Virus record (IMG/VR): IMGVR_UViG_2711768057_000002 | Source of the DNA: a virus | Taxonomy: Duplodnaviria; Heunggongvirae; Uroviricota; Caudoviricetes | Length of the DNA: 18,974 nt | Strand: one strand, 5' to 3' | Shown here: one piece after another, positions 1 through 6,995 of the stretch | How the letters are laid out: each line of letters opens with the position of its first letter | Numbering within the stretch: the first letter of the stretch is position 1 | Notes under the pieces: model-generated | Seen by the model: the letters and a program-made list of their open reading frames with translations, nothing else | Told to the model about the DNA's origin: nothing | Database searches by the model: none | Translations under genes and position numbers: made by a program

Positions 1-825
1 CTATTTCTTCTCTGTAATTTTTACACTGTTTTCCAACTGCTTGATGCTGACCTGCGGGGTCGGCAACTCCTCAGGCATGGTTCCGCCAAGTTCCTGAATG
101 GTTTGCCTCACCTTGCTACCCACGTCAAAGTGTGTGGTATTAGCTTGCTGTTTTGAATTCACGCCATCCCGCTTGAGTTTTTCTTCTGTTTGGGTAGCTC
201 GAAAGAGATTAGCCGCCAGTTCTGTTGAACCCATATGATCCAGGATCTTCTGACTCTTTTTCAGCCCCTTCAGTTGGTGGATGGCTTTCTGATCTAATCC
301 ACCATACAGCCCCTGGTAACCATGATTCTGAAATATGGCGAAATCAGTAGCTGTCGCTACCCCAGCTTGCTGTGCTGCCTCAACCAATTGTTTGTTATGT
401 TCTTTCAACTCATTTCTCAGAAACAGACGCTTTTCGTCTTCACGAAGTTGCTTAAATGCTTCATCGTCAGCAAGCTCCTGCCGTCGGGTCTGGATAGCAA
501 AATAAGTCTGCCCTGCCGCAATGACCGGTTTCGCAGGGTCGCCGTTTTGTACTACCAGGTAACAGGCATAGCGGGAGAGATGAACATCTTCAAGTTCTCG
601 TTGAGCCCCTGAACCTAATACAACCATTTTGGTGGTTTCAACGAAATGGTCAGATGCAGCTTGATTGCTGGCTTCGCACGCTTGAGTCGCGCGGGCCAGT
701 ACCTTTTGAAAATTGCGCCAGTCCCGATAATCCAGTAACGGTGCCAATTCTCTAGCTGACCAAAATTCTTGCCCTTCAGTGCCATAATGCCGTATTTCTT
801 CAAAAGGTTGATGATGTTCGTTCAT
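1..825 (-). CDS. dinD: DNA-damage-inducible protein DinD (complete; likely start is the 5th codon of the 278-aa ORF, giving 274 aa)
   Basis: ORF translation from MNEHHQPFEEIRHYGTEGQEFWSARELAPLLDYRDW matches my recollection of E. coli DinD; canonical LexA box lies 46 bp upstream of this start; stop TAG at 1-3. Confidence 0.92.
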   Translation of the reverse strand: MNEHHQPFEEIRHYGTEGQEFWSARELAPLLDYRDWRNFQKVLARATQACEASNQAASDHFVETTKMVVLGSGAQRELEDVHLSRYACYLVVQNGDPAKPVIAAGQTYFAIQTRRQELADDEAFKQLREDEKRLFLRNELKEHNKQLVEAAQQAGVATATDFAIFQNHGYQGLYGGLDQKAIHQLKGLKKSQKILDHMGSTELAANLFRATQTEEKLKRDGVNSKQQANTTHFDVGSKVRQTIQELGGTMPEELPTPQVSIKQLENSVKITEKK

Positions 826-870
826 TGCCCACTCCATGTGATATCGATTGCAAAGAAAGTAAATCTGTAA

Positions 871-886
871 CTGTATTTATATACAG
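871..886. promoter_or_regulatory. LexA (SOS) box of dinD: CTGTATTTATATACAG
   Basis: Perfect CTGT-N8-ACAG palindrome with AT-rich spacer; the extended site AACTGTATATAAATACAGTT (read on minus strand) matches the dinD SOS box as I remember it. Confidence 0.85.
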
Positions 887-969
887 TTGTGAGTATCTCA
901 CGTTCTCAGTGTGCTGGGCAAAAAAACATCGCAAAATCTGGAGCAGGCACGCAAAACAGAATTGAAGTT

Positions 970-1011
970 GCGGGGAAGAAAAATGCCGCTCTGTTTGAGT
1001 GGGCGGCATTT
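970..1011 (-). terminator. Putative rho-independent terminator (minus strand) upstream of the dinD promoter
   Basis: Inverted repeat AAATGCCGC(981-989)/GCGGCATTT(1003-1011) with 13-nt loop; on the minus strand the stem is followed by TTTTCTTCCCC. Confidence 0.4.
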
Positions 1012-1514
1012 GTGAAGGCTGAAAAGTAAGAATTAGTGTTACGAGTTACTCAATATTGAATCTGTTTGTAGAGTGTTGGCTTCAATGCCGCATTGTAGCT
1101 GGTTTCTTTCTAATGTGGTTTTTGATTATGTACACCCTTATGTACACAGTTTTTTCTGGTGCTATCCGCGCAATTGAAGGTGTGGGCATAATTTTGCCTC
1201 TATTGTGATAATCACAATTCTTCTTGTGTTGTGCTCATCATCCAGTTCATCGAGTTTCTACCAAGAGCGTTTTACGCGCTGGCCGAAGCTATTTTGGTTG
1301 CTTTGGCCTGAAGCCATTACCTACATCCCTCATGATTGAGGTGTGTAACCATGTTCAGGCTCGTTGTCCTGTGCGCGCGTATTGCTCGTGAAATTGCTGT
1401 ACACAATTAAGCTCTGCGATATTAGGTTTTATAAGGTTCTCGCATCCTTGTGAGGCGGCAGAATCAGTAACTACCTGATATTCCCGCCAACGAAAAAATG
1501 CGTTGGCTGGCAGA

Positions 1515-1614
1515 GTGCAAATTTGCACGATGACCTAACCCATTGATTCTTTCGAAAACCCCCATTGGGGGAAAAGCCTAACCCATTGGTTTTCCCACAA
1601 TCCTCAATTTGAGG
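1515..1614. repeat. Structured noncoding segment: palindrome GTGCAAATTTGCAC (1515-1528), direct repeat CCTAACCCATTG x2 (1534-1545, 1577-1588), hairpin CCCCC-ATT-GGGGG (1559-1571), palindrome CCTCAA-T-TTGAGG (1602-1614)
   Basis: Read directly from sequence; no ORF of 60 aa or more in 1010-1687 on either strand. Confidence 0.5.
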
Positions 1615-1687
1615 AATGTACCTAAAACCATTTTTATAGCTCCGATCCCTTCAAAGTGAGGGGTAATTTGCCAAAACAGAGAGAGCA

Positions 1688-1975
1688 TTACTGTCTCTGG
1701 CAATCTTTATAGCGATAACGCCTGAAGTACCCTCTCGCTTCCTCATCCATACCAAGAGCCGAATGAGTCCGCTTAACTGCCTGTCTTAAATCTCCGAATC
1801 TGTCTGTAGTTGCTGGTGGGCGTGCCGCCTTACGGATACATTCAGATCGTCTGTTTGCTGCATGTTCACGTTCTTTATCGCCATCTGCCAGCATCATGAC
1901 TTCTGCCCATCGTGCGGCAGCTCTCCGGTATAGCCCTTTTGACTCCAGCTCTTCAGCTTTCCTGTCCCTTATCAT
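1688..1975 (-). CDS. Small basic regulator, PerC-family-like (95 aa)
   Basis: N-terminus MIRDRKAEELESKGLYRRAAARWAEVM resembles the PerC-family pattern (AE-LE-KGL-RRAA-RW) from memory; SD GAGAGG 6 nt upstream of ATG; TATATAAT -10-like element about 20 nt further upstream. Confidence 0.6.
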   Translation of the reverse strand: MIRDRKAEELESKGLYRRAAARWAEVMMLADGDKEREHAANRRSECIRKAARPPATTDRFGDLRQAVKRTHSALGMDEEARGYFRRYRYKDCQRQ

Positions 1976-2011
1976 TTCTGCCTCTCAGATTATATAGATA
2001 AGCAAAAAGGT

Positions 2012-2132
2012 GTTGGTTCAGTTGGTTCAGTTGGTTCAATTTGTAAAGAGCGTTGTTTTTATTGTGTTTTTTCTAAAATATTGAACCAACATCAACTCAT
2101 TTTGAACCAACACAGCCCAGCTCTGAACCAAC
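2012..2132. promoter_or_regulatory. Operator/iteron array: GTTGGTTCA x3 in tandem (2012-2038) and its reverse complement TGAACCAAC x3 (2092-2100, 2103-2111, 2124-2132)
   Basis: Six exact copies of a 9-mer forming a large dyad in the divergent intergenic region between the PerC-like gene (minus) and the RHH/HTH gene (plus). Confidence 0.7.
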
Positions 2133-2185
2133 AACACAGCGATAGATTTGTGATTGGTCCGTTATTTTCTGGCTGATATTTGAGC

Positions 2186-2217
2186 GTATAACAGTGTTAT
2201 ACAGTGGTATACTGTAT
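2186..2217. promoter_or_regulatory. Tandem palindromes ATAACA-G-TGTTAT (2188-2200) and ATACAGT-GGTAT-ACTGTAT (2199-2217) just upstream of the 2235 start
   Basis: Perfect inverted repeats read from sequence, 18-47 nt upstream of the plus-strand ORF start; position is typical of an autoregulatory operator. Confidence 0.45.
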
Positions 2218-2234
2218 GGATATTACTCACTGAT

Positions 2235-2675
2235 ATGGTCTTTGCAATGAGCAAATCTAATCTGATCGCGTTCCGCATCCCATCTGAATTGCAGGATGAG
2301 TTTAATCGGTCTGTTCTCGCTTCTGGAGGGGATAAAACCTCCTGGCTTGTTGATGCGATTCGCATGAAGCTGAGACAGACGGAAAAGTCTATTGATTTAC
2401 GAATGCTTGGGCTGGTGGAGCGCATGGAAAAAGCCGCAGCATCGCTTATTGCCGGAAAGCCGAACATCCCACCAAAGCCATATAACGAAACGGCAGTTAT
2501 AAAGATCATTGCCGATACCATCCGACAGGGATTTGATAATGGGCGTGTGATAGCTGAACGGCTCAATGAAGCAGGCTACCAAACAAAAGCTGGTAAAGCG
2601 TGGGATAAAGACATTTACAGCGCGTGGAAGCGTCAGGGTAACAATATTAAAAGAATCAATACGCTGCTTCAGTAA
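2235..2675 (+). CDS. Small DNA-binding regulator: RHH-like N-terminus plus recombinase-type HTH-like C-terminus (146 aa; start may be ATG at 2247)
   Basis: N-terminal LIAFRIPSELQDEFNRSV is a strand-helix pattern typical of ribbon-helix-helix proteins; C-terminal IAERLNEAGYQTKAGKAWDKDIYSAWKR resembles the DNA-binding 'recombinase' motif of serine-recombinase-type proteins; the overlapping antisense ORF 2162-2566 looks non-protein-like. Confidence 0.6.
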   Translation: MVFAMSKSNLIAFRIPSELQDEFNRSVLASGGDKTSWLVDAIRMKLRQTEKSIDLRMLGLVERMEKAAASLIAGKPNIPPKPYNETAVIKIIADTIRQGFDNGRVIAERLNEAGYQTKAGKAWDKDIYSAWKRQGNNIKRINTLLQ

Positions 2676-2704
2676 TTGATCAGTGTATAAATGATATTTA
2701 TCGC

Positions 2705-3682
2705 TCAATCGCTCCCTTTCCGCCCTTCAGCTACAGGGTCGTTGTCGGCGATAACAAAACCTAAGTCCTGAGAGAATCTCTCTCGTGGGAATCCTTTGGC
2801 AGGTAAACCCATTGAATCATATCCACATCCGGGAACATTTGGTTTAGAGTCAATAAGGTCTGCAATTTGCCGAAGCCATGTTGATCCCGGACCAAGTTGT
2901 TTAACTAAGTACCAGATAATACAGATCGCGCTAAAAATCCTCTCGCAACTCTCTGGATGGAGATTAAGTCCGTCAAAGTATTCATTATCCGGTACTGGAA
3001 CTCGGGGATGCTTTCTATTCCATATTCTGGAATGGTGAGCGCAACGATTCCTTATGAGATTAAGGCACTTCAACCATTTTGCAAATGTCTGCTTATTATC
3101 AATGCCAAAACGACGTATAATTTTCCCCTGCATATGACCATTAAGCATCGCATAATATTTAGACATCTGACCAAAATCCCAGGTCTCCACCGCCACCCAA
3201 AATGGAATCTCCTTGCCTTGGCTTCGATGCCATTCAATACAGTCATCTCTGCTTTCGTCTAATTTTACTTTTTGCTTATACACCCAATGCTCGAAGGCAG
3301 ATGAGAATTTTGGATTAATGTATTTTGATGACATGTAGGCAAGTGGATCATTGCGACCAACCTCATGCGCGATGACTGAACGAACATGAATCTCTATTCT
3401 TTCGATAGCATCAATCATCAAAAGACGCAGTTTTTTGTCAAAAAGATATAGATCGTACGTCTTCTCGAAACTGGTACCAGCAAGAAATCGGTCTGTTCTG
3501 TACGAAAGACCTTTATCTGTTGTCGCAATAATTCTTGATGGGTACCAAAAACCTGACAATCGATAATATCCAACCTGCGACAGCTTACGTATCGCACGAT
3601 TTCGATCATTGATAATCATGCCACGTTCAAGTAGCAATCCTAGCAATTCGTGATAGTCCTTATGAGGCTTTGCGGCAATCAT
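2705..3682 (-). CDS. Abi_2-family abortive infection protein (AbiD/AbiF-like), about 325 aa from ATG at 3682 (ORF track extends to a GTG at 3727)
   Basis: Hallmark Abi_2 motifs: N-terminal HELLGLLLERGMIINDRNRAIRKLSQVGYYRLSGFWYP, central LYLFDKKLRLLMIDAIERIEIHVRSVIAH, C-terminal LIRNRCAHHSRIWNRK; AT-rich relative to flanks. Confidence 0.8.
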   Translation of the reverse strand: MIAAKPHKDYHELLGLLLERGMIINDRNRAIRKLSQVGYYRLSGFWYPSRIIATTDKGLSYRTDRFLAGTSFEKTYDLYLFDKKLRLLMIDAIERIEIHVRSVIAHEVGRNDPLAYMSSKYINPKFSSAFEHWVYKQKVKLDESRDDCIEWHRSQGKEIPFWVAVETWDFGQMSKYYAMLNGHMQGKIIRRFGIDNKQTFAKWLKCLNLIRNRCAHHSRIWNRKHPRVPVPDNEYFDGLNLHPESCERIFSAICIIWYLVKQLGPGSTWLRQIADLIDSKPNVPGCGYDSMGLPAKGFPRERFSQDLGFVIADNDPVAEGRKGSD

Positions 3683-3852
3683 AGTGGCGAAACAAAAGAT
3701 AATAAAAGGCCCGACCGTGAAACTCACATGCCTGAAATCGGCGGCGGAGAAACAGAGGATCGGGCTCGGTTGCCCGTAACTCTATCCGAAGTTATCCACA
3801 TGTCAATGCACAGTTACTTAGGAAACTAACATAGATACTATCATCACTCACG

Positions 3853-3875
3853 AAAAACCACTATATGTGGTTTTT
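3853..3875. terminator. Bidirectional rho-independent terminator-like hairpin AAAAACCAC-TATAT-GTGGTTTTT
   Basis: 8-bp stem flanked by an A-tract and a T-tract, so it reads as stem plus U-run on either strand; sits between the 4156 ORF end and the Abi gene start. Confidence 0.5.
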
Positions 3876-4155
3876 ATTCATATCGTTATCCACTACAGGC
3901 TGTGTCAATAATTTTTACCTATTAATTGGGTAATTTCTACATTTTCCTATGCTGGCTAGTTTCTCTACTGAAAAGTTGGCACTCCTTAATCGCTTTTCGG
4001 TTAATACTATCGGTCTTCATATTGCCAGCAGCATACGCCATCCGATAATTTCGATGCTACGCGCGCGTACTTGTCGCAAAATATCAGGCAAAGGCCAGAT
4101 TCAGAACGTCGTGATAACCACCAGCACAACATGAGATGTCATGTAACACGATTTA

Positions 4156-4473
4156 TCACACCAGATACATGTGATTGGTGTACCCGCATAAAACATTGTC
4201 ATAGCGCGTCCTGTGCGCATATACGCCGATAATCAACACATCGCCACCACTCTGACTTATGTAGAGAACAGTTTTATGGTACTCCCCTCCATCGTGCGCG
4301 TACTTGTCTCGAAATTGGTGTTTTGCTGTGGCAGTGATATCAGAAAAATCTTCCTGTTTCACATAAAGCGGATATGCGCGTACTGTAACGGCCCCATCAA
4401 CTGGGAGCGGATTTGAAATCCCGACCCAAGCTATGTACCAAATGCCATGTCTTGGATATATGATGATTGCCAT
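4156..4473 (-). CDS. Hypothetical protein (start uncertain; ORF open to 4602)
   Basis: C-terminal about 80 aa have protein-like composition, but no SD precedes either candidate ATG and the 5' part overlaps the better-supported plus-strand membrane ORF. Confidence 0.25.
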   Translation of the reverse strand: MAIIIYPRHGIWYIAWVGISNPLPVDGAVTVRAYPLYVKQEDFSDITATAKHQFRDKYAHDGGEYHKTVLYISQSGGDVLIIGVYAHRTRYDNVLCGYTNHMYLV

Positions 4474-4501
4474 TCTAAACAAAGCTAAAGGGAGGGTTGG
4501 T

Positions 4502-4858
4502 GTGAGGGGGCAGGCAGTTATAATTATTTTGTTGGGTTTAATTGTCGCAAAGTTATACCCGACTTTATCGATGGTGTTTTTTGCCATTATTGGCGCAGCC
4601 ATCTTTACTTATATCATTAAACATACCGCCTTGTGGTTCTATAAAATTGATATAGTTCAGAAGTTTGTACGTCCTGTGTCGATGTTATTACTAGCATTAA
4701 TACCAATTGGTGTTGCTTATGTAATTGATGTTTTTTACCCTTCGGACACTGAAAGGTGGTTGATAGTTTTGTATTGTTATATTGGTGTAGCTCTCTTTTG
4801 TGGATTTCATTGGTGTTTCGAAAAGATCAATGACTCTATTTCAAAGAATAAAGATTGA
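4502..4858 (+). CDS. Small integral membrane protein, about 4 predicted TM helices (118 aa from GTG at 4502)
   Basis: Strong SD AAGGGAGGG (4489-4497) 5-6 nt before GTG; four hydrophobic stretches (AVIIILLGLIVAKL, MVFFAIIGAAIFTYII, VSMLLLALIPIGVAYVI, WLIVLYCYIGVALFCGF); long open frame in AT-rich DNA; convergent with the 705-aa gene; GGCCA-TCCG-TGGCC hairpin right after the stop. Confidence 0.5.
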   Translation: MRGQAVIIILLGLIVAKLYPTLSMVFFAIIGAAIFTYIIKHTALWFYKIDIVQKFVRPVSMLLLALIPIGVAYVIDVFYPSDTERWLIVLYCYIGVALFCGFHWCFEKINDSISKNKD

Positions 4859-4877
4859 GGCCATCCGTGGCCATTCA

Positions 4878-6995
4878 CTAGTCATTATCTGGATCATTAG
4901 ATAGCCAAGTAATGATGCCCAGTCTGGCGATGGTCCGTTTTTCCTGTTCAGGAAGAGAGTTAAAAAAACTCTTCCATTGAGGGGAGCGCCTGATACGTGA
5001 ATCAACAATGTGCCCAGGCGCTTTTCCGTGTAGATTTTTTACTGCGCTCTGGAAGGCTGGCGAGGCAATTAATTTATCCGCAGCATCAGCCGCCCCTGCT
5101 CCACCAGCTAATCGAGCTTTACTCGCCAATCTTGCTCCAATATCAGCCCCAGCAATGGCTCCAAGCGATCCAAAATGAGCGCCTACCATCGTGCCTATTT
5201 TTTGAATGTGTTTTGCTGCTAGTTCGTATGGAGCTGTTACCCGATTAAATCTGTTTACAAACTCATTCAGCTTACCAGTAGATATTTCATGCGCTTTAGC
5301 ATTTTTTATTGCTCTGGCAACTTTGTATACATCATATAGTCCGCTCATTGTTTCTTTTGGCAAATGTTCAGCCAAAGTCTTTAGCTGTCCACTGTGTTGC
5401 AAGTTTTGCCACCAATCTGCAAAGCCAGATGGATTAAAGTCGGCCCCACGCTTCCCAGAGGAAAGCATATCTCTTAATGCTGTTCCTACTAGCTCCCTTC
5501 GCAATGTTCTTGATGGAGTATTTTGCATAATCTCACGAAACCCTCTCGCATCACCTTTTGCCATAGATTGAAGAGAATTCGTTACTTTATACGCTATATC
5601 CCCATTAAGTGTTTTCCCGCGAAGATTTACCATTTGCCTTTCTAAGTTTTTTCTCATAGCTACAAGGCGTTGTGCGACTTCGAAATCTCGCAAGTATCCA
5701 GTATTGGATAAGACAGATTTTTGGTCTTCAGCTAAAGCTCCATATAGTCTTGATAGCGCTTCTTTATCAGCATCTTTGTATGGCCCCTGCTTTTTATTTA
5801 GGGCATCACCAACTAAACGCCTTTGCCTGTTTAAATTTGCATACGTTAGGATGCTATCTGGGCCGGGGTTTATTGCTGTAAAAACTCGCTTTTCTATTGG
5901 GTCAAGATTATCCCACCCTCCTAAATCATCAGCGATTTTTTCCAGCATAGTGCTTGTGTTATTTGCTTCGACTTTTGTTCTTGGTGATAGAGCGGAATCA
6001 ACACGTTTATATAACTGATCACTACGGTTTTTTAGTGCTTCCATTCTACTATTTATCTGATAAATATATTTTTCGCTCATAGCTAACGCATCTGGCGCAC
6101 CAGCAACATCATCGATTATCTTGCCAGCACTAGAGGCTAATTCGCTTATTGCTTTATCTTCTTGAGCTTTTAACGCTGATCCTGTCCGTGACTTTAGGGC
6201 TTGCTCTACAGCTTGGTATTGCTCATTTCCTGATAAATGAGAAGGAAGAACTGAATCAACATGAAGCCTATTTGCAGCCTCAACAATTTCTTTCTGAGGT
6301 TTTAGATCTAGCCCTTCAAGCGAAGAGGCAAGATTTGGGTTGCCTTGTGCAGATAACTTACGAATTTTCTCTTCGGCAGGAGTAATCCCCTCAATATCTG
6401 GAATCGAAGAAACATTCTTCTTGGTTAATTTCCCAGCTATTTTATTAATTGCAGGGCCAGCAAGTTCGGCTACAGGGCCAGCCACAGCGCCAATAGCAGC
6501 GCCGGAAGCAACATCGCTATTTGTTCCATTGGCTACAATAGCCCCTTCTCCAGCACCAAGCCCTGCGGCGGCAGCCAGTCTTGCCGCCCCTTTGGGAACC
6601 TGAGAAATAATCCCACCACCACTAACAAATGGCGCTGCTTGTCCAACGAACTCACCAACATCTTGTGCGGTTGATGGTTTTGCCGCTAACTTCTGCTGTA
6701 GAGACTGAATTGCGGCTTGCTCTTCTGGTGTCATATCCTGAAACAGGCCAACACCTTTACCAACATCCATCAATCCACTGAGAACGCCATACATAAAACG
6801 GTCGAAACCGTTAGCATTATTAACAACATTTTCCTGTCTGGAATTTTCCTCTGGTGAAACCAAAGGTGATTGCTGCTGTTCTGGTTGGGCATCAAGCACA
6901 AAACCATCAGGAAGCTGTGAACTATCAGGAAACTGTGAGTTATCAGGTTGTTCATCGAGCACAAAACCTTCCGGTAAGATTACATTTGCTGCCAT
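4878..6995 (-). CDS. Hypothetical 705-aa protein: acidic Pro-rich N-terminus with tandem repeat, Gly/Ala-rich hydrophobic segments
   Basis: Long ORF; its ATG overlaps the upstream gene's stop by 16 nt (translational coupling); no catalytic motif recognised. Confidence 0.8.
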   Translation of the reverse strand: MAANVILPEGFVLDEQPDNSQFPDSSQLPDGFVLDAQPEQQQSPLVSPEENSRQENVVNNANGFDRFMYGVLSGLMDVGKGVGLFQDMTPEEQAAIQSLQQKLAAKPSTAQDVGEFVGQAAPFVSGGGIISQVPKGAARLAAAAGLGAGEGAIVANGTNSDVASGAAIGAVAGPVAELAGPAINKIAGKLTKKNVSSIPDIEGITPAEEKIRKLSAQGNPNLASSLEGLDLKPQKEIVEAANRLHVDSVLPSHLSGNEQYQAVEQALKSRTGSALKAQEDKAISELASSAGKIIDDVAGAPDALAMSEKYIYQINSRMEALKNRSDQLYKRVDSALSPRTKVEANNTSTMLEKIADDLGGWDNLDPIEKRVFTAINPGPDSILTYANLNRQRRLVGDALNKKQGPYKDADKEALSRLYGALAEDQKSVLSNTGYLRDFEVAQRLVAMRKNLERQMVNLRGKTLNGDIAYKVTNSLQSMAKGDARGFREIMQNTPSRTLRRELVGTALRDMLSSGKRGADFNPSGFADWWQNLQHSGQLKTLAEHLPKETMSGLYDVYKVARAIKNAKAHEISTGKLNEFVNRFNRVTAPYELAAKHIQKIGTMVGAHFGSLGAIAGADIGARLASKARLAGGAGAADAADKLIASPAFQSAVKNLHGKAPGHIVDSRIRRSPQWKSFFNSLPEQEKRTIARLGIITWLSNDPDND

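Noticed and set aside
322-612. Plus-strand 96-aa ORF inside dinD
   Set aside because: Antisense to a well-supported gene; low-complexity translation; no SD.
2199-2217. ATACAGT-N5-ACTGTAT palindrome as a possible LexA box
   Set aside because: The half-sites are in ACAG...CTGT order with a 7-nt spacing, not CTGT-N8-ACAG; more likely an operator for the adjacent regulator.
2162-2708. Minus-strand ORFs (134 aa and 103 aa) overlapping the RHH/HTH gene
   Set aside because: Their translations are Ser/Cys/Phe-rich and non-protein-like, whereas the plus-strand frame gives recognisable DNA-binding motifs.
2796-3262. Plus-strand ORFs (80 aa and 101 aa) inside the Abi_2 gene
   Set aside because: Antisense shadow ORFs of a gene with clear family motifs.
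3949-4416. Short plus-strand ORFs (61 aa and 67 aa) between the Abi gene and the membrane-protein gene
   Set aside because: No SD, junk-like composition; one lies antisense to the slightly better minus-strand candidate.
4997-6603. Multiple plus-strand ORFs of 69-121 aa within the 705-aa gene
   Set aside because: All antisense to a long coupled ORF; typical shadow frames.
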